Both the position numbers and the translations under genes were made by a program. Below are positions 10,212-20,527 of a stretch of 55,196 nucleotides of DNA, one piece after another (position 1 is the stretch's first letter; each line of letters begins with the position of its first letter). The notes under the pieces are model-generated. The model was not told the DNA's origin. It saw nothing but the letters and a program-made list of their open reading frames with translations, and made no database searches. The stretch is from Nitrospirota bacterium (GTDB lineage: Bacteria > Nitrospirota > Thermodesulfovibrionia > UBA6902 > DSMQ01). The stretch is taken from positions 1-55,196 of the forward strand of contig JACQXF010000057.1 in NCBI GenBank assembly GCA_016208855.1. The letters run 5' to 3'.

Positions 10212-11209
10212 TTCTTTACAGTGCCAAAAGGAACGGTCTTTACAGCCCTGTCAATAAGAGGCGCAAAACAGTTCATTATCAGTATTGCAAACATTACCCC
10301 TTCAGGGTAGCCGCCTTTAAGCCTTATGAGCATTGTGACTGCGCCGCAGCCAATGCCAAATATTATCTGCCCCTTTCTGATGGAAGGGCAGGTTACATAA
10401 TCTGTTGCCATAAAGAATGCACCGAGTATAAGGCCTCCGCTTAAAAGGTGAATAACAGGGTCTCCTGTAAAGAAAGCGCCCTTTCCGCCAAAGACCCATG
10501 CTATCAGCGCTACGGTCCCTAAAAATGACAGGGGTATATGCCATGTAATATATCTTCTGTAAAGCAGAAAGGCAGCGCCTAAAAGCAAGGCCACCACAGA
10601 GGTCTCGCCGACTGAGCCGGCCCTGTTTCCCAGAAGAAGCTGCATATAGAGATTAGACTTATCGCCAAAGGCCTCAAGGAGTTTTCCTATTCCTTCCTCT
10701 TTTAATATTCCCAAAGGGGTGGCTGTAGTTTTAGCATCAAGCGCAACAAATATGGCTGTAGGCTCTTTCCATATAGTCATTGCCTTTGGCCATGTTATAA
10801 GCAGAAATGCCCTGCCTATAAGGGCAGGATTAAAGATGTTATAGCCAAGTCCGCCAAAGAGCTGTTTTGTGATAACAACAGCCATAAAAGAGCCGGCTAT
10901 CGGAATATAGAATGGCAGGCTCGGCGGAAGATTCATCCCAAGTAAAAGCCCTGTCAGAAAGGAGCTTCCATCGCTTACCGTAATCTTTTTTTCAAGCGCC
11001 TTCTGATATAGATATTCTGCAAGGACTGATGTAATGACACAAAGGGCTGTGACAAATAATGCCCCAGGCCCAAAATAATAAAGAGACATTAAAAAGGCAG
11101 GCAAAAGCGCAAGGCTCACAGACCACATGATACGGCTTACTGTCTCCTCGCCTTTTACATGAGGACTAACTGAGACTATCAGTTCGTGTTCTTTTTTTTC
11201 ACCAGCCAT
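10208..11209 (-). CDS. rnfD: Rnf complex subunit D
   Basis: 333-aa polytopic protein, NqrB/RnfD-like. Confidence 0.9.
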   Translation of the reverse strand: MAGEKKEHELIVSVSPHVKGEETVSRIMWSVSLALLPAFLMSLYYFGPGALFVTALCVITSVLAEYLYQKALEKKITVSDGSSFLTGLLLGMNLPPSLPFYIPIAGSFMAVVITKQLFGGLGYNIFNPALIGRAFLLITWPKAMTIWKEPTAIFVALDAKTTATPLGILKEEGIGKLLEAFGDKSNLYMQLLLGNRAGSVGETSVVALLLGAAFLLYRRYITWHIPLSFLGTVALIAWVFGGKGAFFTGDPVIHLLSGGLILGAFFMATDYVTCPSIRKGQIIFGIGCGAVTMLIRLKGGYPEGVMFAILIMNCFAPLIDRAVKTVPFGTVKK

Positions 11210-11240
11210 TTATCTCCCTTTGTCTCTACTCGTCTGAATT

Positions 11241-11378
11241 TACTAATCAGTTCATTAGTATGAAGACACGTTTGTCATGCCCGCAGGTAGTAAGCGGGCA
11301 TCCAGTGCCTTTCTGGATTCCCGCTCAACAGACTGCTGGAATGACGCTTATGTATGCTTACTTATGAACTCCTTAGTA
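11241..11378. mobile_element. MITE-like element, family A, copy 1 (138 bp), in the rnfC-rnfD spacer
   Basis: TIRs tactaatcagttcattagta / tacttatgaactccttagta (17/20 complementary). Near-identical copy at 49651..49787. Internal gtcatgcccgc...gcgggcatccag and ctggattcccgc...ggaatgac sub-hairpins. Flanked by a 16/17 direct repeat tttgtctctacYcgtct (11219..11235 and 11385..11401). Confidence 0.8.
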
Positions 11379-11409
11379 TCTCTATTTGTCTCTACTTGTC
11401 TATTTTTAA

Positions 11410-12720
11410 TCATGGCTTCACCATACTCTTTGCCAGCCTGAAAAACTGCACCATCGGCCTGTTTGACGGGCACACATAGGCGCAGGAGCCGCACTCAAAG
11501 CAGTCAAAAAGATTATACTCCTTTGTTTCCTCATAATGCCCTTTTTCTGATAATATGCTTAGCATTGAGGGGTTAAGCCCCATCGGACATATATCTATAC
11601 AGCTTCCGCATCGGATACAGGCAAAGTATTCATCAGAGGAGATGTAATCGTCTTCTGTTAAAATTAGTATCCCTGATGTGCCTTTAACCACAGGGACACT
11701 CAGCGAGCCCTGCGCAAAACCCATCATGGGGCCGCCCATAATTACCTTAACCACTTCATCTGTAAAGCCTCCGCATTGCTCTATAAGCTCTGACATAAGG
11801 GTTCCAATCCTTACAAGAAAGTTCTTTGGTTCCTTTATGCCCCTGCCTGTTACAGTAACCGCCCTTTCTATAAGAGGCTTCCCATATCTCAGGGCTTCAT
11901 ACGCAGCAAAGGCAGTCCCCACATTCTGAACAACCACACCCACATCCATAGGAAGCCCCCGGCTCGGTATCTCCCTTCCGGTAATAGCCTTTATAAGCAT
12001 CTTTTCAGCGCCCTGCGGGTATTTCACCTCAAGCGTTATTACTTCAATATCCGGCTCCCCTGAGGCTGCGTCCCTCATCTTCTCTACAGCATCGGGTTTA
12101 TTATTTTCTATTCCTATATAGCCCTTTGTAACTCCGACTGCCTTCATAAGGAGCTTTAAGCCGTTAATTATCTCCAGAGGATGCTCCAACATCAACCGGT
12201 AGTCAGCCGTCAGGTAGGGCTCACATTCAGCGCCGTTAAGTATTACGTAGTCTATCTGCTTCTCTTTTGGAGGGGAGAGCTTTACATTTGTAGGGAATGC
12301 TGCGCCGCCAAGCCCTACAATGCCTGCATCTTTTATAAGGGTCTTGATTTCGTCAGCGCTTAAATTCAGATAATCAGGGGTTTCTTTTAATGCAAGCCCC
12401 TCATCCAGGCCGTCGCTTTCAATTACCACAGAGGGTATCACCCTGCCTGAAGGATGAGGAAAATCTGCTATGGCAATGACCTTGCCTGATATTGATGCAT
12501 GCACAGGGGCAGAGACAAACCCCTGCTGCGCGCCTATGACCTGATATTTTTTTACAGAGTCGCCTATTGCCACCACAGGATTTGCAGGCGCCCCTGTATG
12601 CTGGCTTAATGGAATCACCACCCTCTTAGGAAGGGCAGCCTTAATAATAGGGCAATGAGCGCTTAGCCCCTTTGCCTCTTCAGGATGCACGCCTCTTTGA
12701 AATGTAGCCAGCTTAGACAT
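11410..12720 (-). CDS. rnfC: Rnf complex subunit C
   Basis: 436 aa, with C-terminal 2x CxxCxxCxxxCP (CIRCGSCIDICP, CFECGSCAYVCP). First gene of the rnf operon. Confidence 0.9.
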   Translation of the reverse strand: MSKLATFQRGVHPEEAKGLSAHCPIIKAALPKRVVIPLSQHTGAPANPVVAIGDSVKKYQVIGAQQGFVSAPVHASISGKVIAIADFPHPSGRVIPSVVIESDGLDEGLALKETPDYLNLSADEIKTLIKDAGIVGLGGAAFPTNVKLSPPKEKQIDYVILNGAECEPYLTADYRLMLEHPLEIINGLKLLMKAVGVTKGYIGIENNKPDAVEKMRDAASGEPDIEVITLEVKYPQGAEKMLIKAITGREIPSRGLPMDVGVVVQNVGTAFAAYEALRYGKPLIERAVTVTGRGIKEPKNFLVRIGTLMSELIEQCGGFTDEVVKVIMGGPMMGFAQGSLSVPVVKGTSGILILTEDDYISSDEYFACIRCGSCIDICPMGLNPSMLSILSEKGHYEETKEYNLFDCFECGSCAYVCPSNRPMVQFFRLAKSMVKP

Positions 12721-12838
12721 TAATTATCCCTCAATTCTTCTGTGAAACCCTGCGATAAGCCACTTATGATTACCATTTAAAACCCTTCATGTCAATTAAG
12801 AATTAAGAATAAGGCCATTAGTAAGGGCTTTATTTCTG

Positions 12839-13912
12839 TCATTCTGACTTCTCAATCGCCTTCAATATTATCTTGCCTTTATAAGTATTAAGCGCGCTTC
12901 TTAGCAAAGAGCCATCCTTTGCTGATTTCTCTATGCCGTCTCCCGCAAGCAATTTAATATATGCAAGCGTCCTGTTAGTAAGGGCAATTGTGGAGGTCCT
13001 TGGATACGCGCCCGGCATATTGGCAACCGTATAATGTATAACTCCGTCAACCTCGTATATAGGGTTGTCATGTGTTGTCGGTTTTGTGGTTTCTATGCAG
13101 CCCCCCTGATCAACAGACACATCAACTATTACAGAGCCTTTCTTCATCTTAGATACAAGCTCTCTTGAAATCAGCTTTGGGGTCTTTGCCCCTGCGACTA
13201 ACACCGCCCCTATTACAATATCGGCTTTCAGTGCCTCGTTTTTAATATTTTCTGATGTGGCTGGCAGTGTATCAGCCCTGCCGTTAAAGAGTTCATCTAT
13301 CTTTTGAAGCTTATCTATCCCCCTGTTTATTACAGTAACCCTTGCGCCCATTCCAAGGGCAACCCTTGCAGCATTCATCCCTACAACCCCAGCGCCTAAT
13401 ATAAGCACCTTTGCAGGCAAAACTCCTTCAACTCCTGTAGGAAGTATGCCATTGCCTCCATAAATCTTCTGCAGATAAAACGCCCCCATTAAAGGCGCCA
13501 TCCTGCCGGCAATCTCGCTCATAGGCTGAAGAAGCGGAAGCGCGCCATGTTCCTCAAGAGTTTCGTAGGCAAAGCCGGCAATATTCTTTCTTAACAACAC
13601 ATCAGTAAGCTCAGGGTTTGGGGCAAGATGGAGAAAGGTGAATATTGCCTGTCCATCCTGTAAGAGTTCGTACTCTTCAGGCAAGGGCTCTTTTACCTTG
13701 ACGATTAACTCCGCCCCTTTAAACAGAGCGGCCTTGTCAGTAATCTTTGCGCCAGCATCTGAGTAGTCTTTATCTGAAAAACCGCTTCCCTCTCCGGCGC
13801 CGTTTTCTATAATTACTTCATGCCCGCTGCCTTTAATTTCTTTAACGCCAGAGGGTATAATACCAACGCGGTATTCATGTCTTTTTATCTCTTTTGGGAC
13901 CCCTATAATCAT
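12839..13912 (-). CDS. ald: Alanine dehydrogenase
   Basis: MIIGVPKEIKRHEYRVGIIPSGV... and NAD loop ILGAGVVGMNAA. 357 aa. Confidence 0.9.
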   Translation of the reverse strand: MIIGVPKEIKRHEYRVGIIPSGVKEIKGSGHEVIIENGAGEGSGFSDKDYSDAGAKITDKAALFKGAELIVKVKEPLPEEYELLQDGQAIFTFLHLAPNPELTDVLLRKNIAGFAYETLEEHGALPLLQPMSEIAGRMAPLMGAFYLQKIYGGNGILPTGVEGVLPAKVLILGAGVVGMNAARVALGMGARVTVINRGIDKLQKIDELFNGRADTLPATSENIKNEALKADIVIGAVLVAGAKTPKLISRELVSKMKKGSVIVDVSVDQGGCIETTKPTTHDNPIYEVDGVIHYTVANMPGAYPRTSTIALTNRTLAYIKLLAGDGIEKSAKDGSLLRSALNTYKGKIILKAIEKSE

Positions 13913-14040
13913 TAGCAGATATCTTAAGCCAAAAAATATTTTTCAGCAACTAAGGTATGGATTATGCTTATTGCGAAACCTTGCAGAATGCGGCAGGATA
14001 AGAGGGGCTTAAAGAACAAGCCCCTCTGTTAATACTCTTT

Positions 14041-15054
14041 TTACCTATAAGAAAATCCTGCCACCCAATTGGCGGGATCCATTATCTCTAAGCTCTCAGG
14101 GTCTTGCACTATTGTGTGATAACCAACACGCAAATTATGGTCCTTCAGAACCTTTTTTGCGTTTTTATAGTATCTGGAAGAACCATTATTGCCATATTTA
14201 GAGCTGTCTCTAAGGGTAGAGCCCTGCCCCTCATTAAACTTTAAATAAGTCGCTAAATTGTCAGTAATCTTGCATTCATCTGACATGCCAAGCTCTTGTT
14301 TCATACATGCCCTAATCTGCGCCTCTGTCCTTGCCTCTTTCCAGAATCTAAGTTCATCCATTGTACCTTTAAACCAATGCTTAATGCCGGGATGTGTCTC
14401 ATGATTTTTTCTGCTGTCGCCTATTGTCTCTTCAGGGGTTATAGCCTGATTCGCACCAATAAATATTGGGCCTGAGTCAGCCATTGCCATGACGCCTGTT
14501 TTAGGATTTGGGTGATTATCATCTGCGCCCTTCACAGCATTGCCGTCAACATAAACTGTCAGCGTGCCTGAAGCCGTATTTAGCACTCCTGCCAGATGAT
14601 GCCATTCGTTGCTAACCGGAATAAGCGTATAGGCGACTGCTGCATACCATACGCCTTTGCTTTTTACAGCAAATTTGACACAGCTGTAATCCATGCTGTC
14701 ATGGCATCCTTCAAGCGCATATTGGGATGCTCCCTTCCAGAGATACAATGCAAAACCATCACTTGTTTTTCTATTGGATAGGTTGCCAGCAGCAATAATA
14801 ACGCCGTTTGCTGCTTTTTCAGGCCTTACCCATACCTCAACTGTCATGCTTGTATTCTTGAAATCAAATCCTACAGGATGCAGCCTTGGGTCAGAAAGAG
14901 AGACAAGATTGTACCACCATGCATAATTGTCATTAGATGTCTCAGAGGCAGGGAAATACAAGGCATAATCTCCTTTCTCGGCACCATAACCAGCGCTGAT
15001 TAAGATTAATACTAAAAACATGGAGCTGAATAACAGCCATTTTGTCTTTTTCAT
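14041..15054 (-). CDS. Secreted LamG/concanavalin-like domain protein
   Basis: Signal peptide MKKTKWLLFSSMFLVLILISAGYGA. LamG-like pattern ...WHHLAGV...LTVYVDG...DELRFW. The call rests on motif resemblance only. Confidence 0.55.
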   Translation of the reverse strand: MKKTKWLLFSSMFLVLILISAGYGAEKGDYALYFPASETSNDNYAWWYNLVSLSDPRLHPVGFDFKNTSMTVEVWVRPEKAANGVIIAAGNLSNRKTSDGFALYLWKGASQYALEGCHDSMDYSCVKFAVKSKGVWYAAVAYTLIPVSNEWHHLAGVLNTASGTLTVYVDGNAVKGADDNHPNPKTGVMAMADSGPIFIGANQAITPEETIGDSRKNHETHPGIKHWFKGTMDELRFWKEARTEAQIRACMKQELGMSDECKITDNLATYLKFNEGQGSTLRDSSKYGNNGSSRYYKNAKKVLKDHNLRVGYHTIVQDPESLEIMDPANWVAGFSYR

Positions 15055-15250
15055 CTTACCACCCCCTTCTTTTTAGACTGGAAACAGTCTGTTAGTAATA
15101 AAAATTGCTGCCTTGTTTTTATGCTCCTTATAAAGGAAAATTAGCATATTAAGCAGGAATGTCAAGGTAAATTTAGGGATTATCGCTAATGTGTTAAAGG
15201 TATTGTCCCGCCTCTATAAACCTCGGAATAATGCTCTTCAGAAAATTTTC

Positions 15251-15279
15251 TTGACAAGGCTTTCTATTAGGACTACTAT
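15251..15279 (+). promoter_or_regulatory. Putative sigma70-type promoter of the fdn operon
   Basis: TTGACA (15251..15256) - 17 nt - TACTAT (15274..15279). AAGAGG RBS at 15287..15292, ATG at 15298. Confidence 0.5.
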
Positions 15280-15297
15280 GTGCCTTAAGAGGCGCTT

Positions 15298-18200
15298 ATG
15301 TCTTTATCAAGACGAAACTTTCTTAAGGTTACTGGCGGCTCCATCCTTGCAGGCTCCTTGGGCGTAGGGGTTAAACCTAAAACTGCGCACGCCCGGCGCA
15401 TTAAAATTAAAGACGCAAAAGAGTCAAAAACAATCTGCCCTTACTGCTCTGTTGGCTGCGGCATTATGGTTCATACCTTTGATGGCAAAGTTATTAATGT
15501 GGAGGGAGACCCTGAGCATCCCATTAATGAAGGCACGCTCTGTTCAAAAGGACAGTCACTGCATCAGATTGTACATAATCCCACAAGACTGACAAAACCA
15601 CGCTATCGCGCGCCCTATGACACGGAATGGAAAGAGGTTGAATGGGACTGGGCGCTAAATGAGATAGCGAAGAGGATAAAGCAGACCCGCGATAAAACCT
15701 TTAAACTGACATCCCTGTCCAAAGTAAAAGAAAAACAGCCTGACGGCACAGAGACAGAGGTTAAAAAGGAGTTCGTTGTCAACAGGACTGACGGCATTGC
15801 CCATGTAGGAAGCGCTGCCCTTGATAATGAAGAGTGCTACATGCTTCAGAAGCTTCTCCGCTCATGGGGGCTTGTCTATATTGAACATCAGGCGCGAATA
15901 TGACACTCTGCAACTGTAGCGGCTCTGGCAGAGTCGCTTGGCAGAGGGGCAATGACAAACCATTGGATTGACGTAAAGAACTCTGATGTAATCCTTGTCA
16001 TGGGCGGCAACCCTGCAGAGAATCACCCGGTCTCAATGAAATGGATAATGAATGCAAAGGAGAAAGGGGCAAAGCTCATTGTAGTTGACCCAAGATTCAC
16101 AAGGACTGCTGCAAAGGCGGATATATATGCCTCTATACGCTCAGGGACTGATATAGCATTCCTTGGAGGCATGATTAAATACATCCTTGATAACAAACTC
16201 TACTTCAGGGAATACGTCGTTAATTATACTAATGCCTCATACCTTGTAAATCCTGAATTTAAGATGCCCGGCGAACTTGACGGGGTTTTCTCAGGATACG
16301 ACCCTGCAGCCAGAAAATACGATAAAAAAACATGGTCGTATCAACTTGATGAAAACAGCATTCCTAAAAAAGAGCCTGCGCTAAAAGATCCAAACTGCGT
16401 ATTTCGGCTTTTAAAGAAACACTACTCACGCTACACGCTTGATACGGTCTCAGCCATAACAGGCACGCCAAAGGAAAAACTCATTGAGGTTTATAAGGCA
16501 TTTTCCTCAACAGGGAAGCCTGACAGGGCAGGGACAGAACTCTATGCTATGGGATGGACACAGCATACCGTAGGCACGCAAAACATCAGGGCAATGGCAA
16601 TAATACAATTGCTTCTTGGAAATATCGGCATAGCAGGCGGAGGCATAAACGCATTAAGAGGCGAGTCTAATGTTCAGGGCTCAACAGACCATGGGATTCT
16701 TTTTCATATACTGCCCGGCTATCTCCCTGCGCCCACAGCAACACTCTCTGACCTTAAGACATATATTGAAAAGCATACTCCAAAAACAAAAGACCCAAAG
16801 AGCGTTAACTGGTGGGGCAACAGAGGCAAATACATCACAAGCTATCTGAAGGCAATATACGGCGATAAGGCTGCGAAGGATAATGACTTTGGTTATGCGT
16901 GGCTTCCAAAGCTTGATGAAGGCATGAATGCATCGTGGCTTATGCTTTTTGACCATATGCTAAAGGGCAAATTTGACGGGTTCTTTGCATGGGGACAAAA
17001 CCCTGCCTGCTCAACAAGCAATGCAAACAAGGTGCGGAAGGCTTTATCAAAATTAAAGTGGATGGTAAATGTGAACCTCTTTGACAATGAGACAGGCTCA
17101 TTTTGGAAAGGGCCGGGGATGAACCCAAAAGATATACAGACAGAGGTCTTTCAGCTTCCTGCATGTTCATGCGTAGAGAAAGAAGGAAGCATTACAAACT
17201 CAGGAAGACTTGCCCAGTGGCGGTATAAGGCAATAGAGCCCATAGGCCAGACAAAGCCTGACTCAGAGATAATGAATGAACTCTATTTTAGAGTTAAAAG
17301 ACTCTACCAAAGGCACGGCGGCAAATTCCCTGAACCGATACTAAATCTTTCTTGGAGATATGGGACAAAAGACTCTGACGGAAGGATTAAGAAGGTTGAT
17401 ACGCATCTTGCGGCGAGGGAGATTAATGGTTACTATCTTGAAGACATCTATGACAAGACAGCAGACCCTCCAAAGCTTATTGGCAAAAAGGGTGAATTAT
17501 GCACAAACTTTGTAACACTGCAGGCAGATGGGACAACATCATGCGGAAACTGGATATACAGCGGAAGTTATACGCAAAAAGACGGCAAGGTTATAAACAT
17601 GATGGCAAGAACAAAGAAAAGCGACCCCACAGGGCTTGGTCTTTATCCTAAATGGGCGTGGTGCTGGCCATTAAACAGAAGGATACTCTATAACCGCGCA
17701 TCTGTTGACCCCAAAGGCATGCCGTGGGATATAAAGCGCGGTGTAATAAAATGGAGCTTAACAAAATTAAATCCTCAGACCAATAAGCCCGGTATATGGG
17801 AAGGCGATGTGCCTGACGGCCCTGCACCGCCAATGGCAGATGAAAAGGCAGGCAAGTATCCGTTTATTATGAGGCCTGACGGCATGGGGGCTATATTTGG
17901 GCCAGGGCTTGCAGACGGCCCATTCCCTGAGCATTACGAGCCTCTTGAATGTCCTCTTTCAGAGAATCCTATGTCTAAAAAACAGAGGATAAATCCAACA
18001 GTAAAGCTCTTTTATACAGATAAAAACAGTCTGGCAGAAGATATCTATGCAAATAATGACAGCCGCTATCCAATAGTTGCTACAACATACAGGGTCACAG
18101 AACATTGGCAGACAGGCGTGCTCTCAAGGCATATACCCTTGCTCCTTGAGACAGTGCCTCAGCAGTTTGTAGAGCTAAGCAAGGAGCTTGCAAAAGAAAA

Positions 18201-18465
18201 GGGAATAAAGAACGGCGATAAGGTCAATGTTGCATCTTTGAGGGGAAAGGTCTGGGCAGTTGCGTTTGTGACAGAGAGGTTTAAGCCATTTAAGATTATG
18301 GGCAAGACTGTTCATCAGATAGGAATGCCATATCATTTTGGATGGCAATTCCCTGAGGACGGAAGCGCAGGAGACAGCGCAAATCTCCTTTCCCCGACCA
18401 TTGGAGACGCAAACACAATGATACCGGAGACAAAGGCGTTTATGGTAAATATTGAAAAGGCATAG
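15298..18465 (+). CDS. fdnG: Formate dehydrogenase alpha subunit, Tat-exported, selenocysteine-containing (one CDS with in-frame TGA)
   Basis: Twin-arginine leader MSLSRRNFLKV. ORFs 15298..15903 and 15952..18465 share one frame and are joined through TGA 15901..15903: ...EHQARI-U-HSATVAALAESLGRGAMTNHW, the canonical FdnG/FdhA Sec context. Confidence 0.93.
15901..15903 (+). other. UGA selenocysteine recoding codon
   Basis: See fdnG. A candidate SECIS stem, ctctgc 15906..15911 / gcagag 15928..15933, lies directly downstream. This stem evidence is weak. Confidence 0.8.
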
Positions 18466-18468
18466 AGA

Positions 18469-18638
18469 CAGGACAAAGGGGCTATATGCCTCATAAATTC
18501 AATAACAGCGACAGGATATTAAGTAAAAGTCTAAATAAATTTTGGAGATGACTATTTTACATTTAAGCATATTATATAAATTTAAGGGATAAAGGAGTCG
18601 CTAATTGACTTTATTCGTCATACAGCCCCTTTATCCTG
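18469..18638. mobile_element. MITE-like element, family C, copy 1 (170 bp), in the fdnG-fdnH spacer
   Basis: TIR caggacaaaggggct / agcccctttatcctg. Subterminal segments (ctcataaattcaataacagcgac; gtcgctaattgactttattcg) recur in inverted orientation at 22259..22428. Confidence 0.75.
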
Positions 18639-18668
18639 ATTATTTTAGATAGCAATGAGAGGCGATAT

Positions 18669-19421
18669 ATGTTAAGAAAGGCGTTACTCATATCTCCAGA
18701 AATATGCATAGGATGCAGAGGATGCCAGATTGCATGCAAAGAGTGGAATAATCTCCCTGCCGATGAGACTAAGAATGAAGGCACTCTTGAGAACCCCTCT
18801 GACCTGACACCAAATTTATATAATAAAGTAAGATTTATTGAGGTCCCTTCAGAAACAACCCCTCTTAGATGGCTCTTTGTAAGCCAAAGATGCATGCACT
18901 GCGATGACGCTGGATGCATAACAATATGTCCTGCGCCAGGGGCGCTGTTTAAAACAAAGGAAGGCGCAGTCGCCTACGATAAAGACAAATGCATTGGCTG
19001 TAAATTATGCGCCTCTGCGTGTCCCTTTAATATCCCCAGGTTTGATAAAAATGACAAGATATCCAAATGCCATCTTTGCTCTGACAGGATTTCTGAAGGA
19101 CTCTCCCCGGCATGCGCAAAGACATGTCCTACAGGAGCGATAAGATACGGGCAAAGGGATGAGATAATAAGCAATTCACAAAAGGAAGGATACGAAAAAC
19201 TCTACGGACAGGCTGACCTTGGAGGGCTTGGCGTTCTTTACGCCTTTAAAGACGCTCCAAAGATCTACGGCATGGATGAGCAGCCTGCAGTGCCTGAAAC
19301 AGTGCTCCTCTGGCATAATGTCTTAAAACCTCTTTCATACCTTGGCCTTGGAGGCGCAGTGGCTGCCTCATTGCTTCACTACATCGCCTTTAAACCTAAA
19401 AAAGACGAAGAGGATAAGTAG
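18669..19421 (+). CDS. fdnH: Formate dehydrogenase beta (4Fe-4S) subunit
   Basis: Four Cys clusters (CIGCRGCQIAC, CMHCDDAGC, CIGCKLCASACP, CHLCSDR...C) and a C-terminal TM anchor. Confidence 0.9.
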   Translation: MLRKALLISPEICIGCRGCQIACKEWNNLPADETKNEGTLENPSDLTPNLYNKVRFIEVPSETTPLRWLFVSQRCMHCDDAGCITICPAPGALFKTKEGAVAYDKDKCIGCKLCASACPFNIPRFDKNDKISKCHLCSDRISEGLSPACAKTCPTGAIRYGQRDEIISNSQKEGYEKLYGQADLGGLGVLYAFKDAPKIYGMDEQPAVPETVLLWHNVLKPLSYLGLGGAVAASLLHYIAFKPKKDEEDK

Positions 19422-20033
19422 ATGAGCAATAATATGATTAGAAAGGCAAGCGCTTTTGAGATATTAAACCACTGGGTTTTGGCGCTTAGTTTTTTTGTGC
19501 TTATGATAAGCGGGTTTGGATTCCTCTTTCACCTTGAAGGCTTGAACTCTGTATTTGGCAGTTTTAATCAGATGAAGGCAGTGCATAATTATATTGGCAT
19601 TGTATTTACTGTCTCGCTGCTCCTTACAGTATTTTATTACCTGCCTGTTTCCCTTAAATTCAGCGGCGATGATATAACATGGTTTTTAAAAGGCGGCGGA
19701 TATTTTTCTAAAAAGACTGAAACGCCTCCTCAGGATAAGTTAAACGCCGGACAAAAACTTTACTACATCTTCATTCTTATTGCAGGCATTGCAATCGCTG
19801 CCACAGGCTTTATTATGTGGCTGAGGCCTCCTCTTGCAGATATAAGAAAGTGGATTTTAATATCTCACTTTCTGCATAACATAAGTTTTGACTTCATGGT
19901 TATCGCCATGCCATTTCATGTATATCTTGCAACCCTTGCAAACCCCGGGACATTAAGGATAATGGTCTATGGCACTGTCCCGATTGAATGGGCAAAGAAA
20001 AGACACGGCAAGTGGGTTAAGAGAGCAGAATAA
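19422..20033 (+). CDS. fdnI: Formate dehydrogenase gamma (cytochrome b) subunit
   Basis: 203 aa, 4 TM segments, conserved His residues. Start abuts the fdnH stop (TAGATG). Confidence 0.8.
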   Translation: MSNNMIRKASAFEILNHWVLALSFFVLMISGFGFLFHLEGLNSVFGSFNQMKAVHNYIGIVFTVSLLLTVFYYLPVSLKFSGDDITWFLKGGGYFSKKTETPPQDKLNAGQKLYYIFILIAGIAIAATGFIMWLRPPLADIRKWILISHFLHNISFDFMVIAMPFHVYLATLANPGTLRIMVYGTVPIEWAKKRHGKWVKRAE

Positions 20034-20147
20034 CTATCAGAATTCCAAGGAATTTTTCTATTAAAAACTTGACCGAAGATTGTCGGCAAGATCACAAAAG
20101 AGATGAATCAAATAAGAACCGGCGGCGCAATACCTGTTAGATGAAAT

Positions 20148-20348
20148 TCAATCGCCAAAGACATCTTTGAAAAATTTATCTTTGTCGAGCCTGCCCTGCC
20201 ATAAACGGTGTCTTTTTACGGATTCAATTCTTTTCTTTGCAGGCACGGCAAGAAACCTTGTTGTTTCCACAGGGCCTAATTTTTCCATCAGGATATCTAT
20301 GGCTTTCCTGAAAAGATTTTCCTCGCTTATGTATTGGGCGGATTTCAT
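20148..20348 (-). CDS. Small hypothetical protein (66 aa from MKSAQYI...), coupled to the PIN remnant
   Basis: ATG 20348 overlaps the TGA of the upstream PIN fragment (ATGA). No family recognised. Confidence 0.4.
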   Translation of the reverse strand: MKSAQYISEENLFRKAIDILMEKLGPVETTRFLAVPAKKRIESVKRHRLWQGRLDKDKFFKDVFGD

Positions 20349-20527
20349 TTCAGATTCTCCTTTATACAAAACTCTATCGGATTTATCGTTAATATTTTAA
20401 CATCGCCTCTAACTGCTTTCTTTAATATTTTATCATCACATGTTATAAAAAAGTCACCCGAGTCTTCCGCAAAAGCCAAATGAGCAGCATCTGCAACCCC
20501 GAATTTAAGTGAAAACAGTGCAAAAGG
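20345..20527 (-). pseudogene. PIN-domain C-terminal remnant without a start codon
   Basis: My translation: PFALFSLKFGVADAAHLAFAEDSGDFFITCDDKILKKAVRGDVKILTINPIEFCIKENLK*. It begins in frame directly after the nupC TAG (20528..20530). D..H.A.A....FITCD motif typical of the VapC C-terminal half. Confidence 0.5.

Noticed and set aside
14001-14027. Hairpin agaggggctt/aagcccctct as the terminator of the LamG gene
   Set aside because: The stem is good (10 bp), but on the minus strand it is not followed by a U tract, so the evidence is too weak to list as a feature.
15298-15903. Treating 15298..15903 and 15952..18465 as two separate genes
   Set aside because: They share one frame, are joined by a single TGA in the canonical FdnG Sec context, and the 16 codons between them are conserved sequence.
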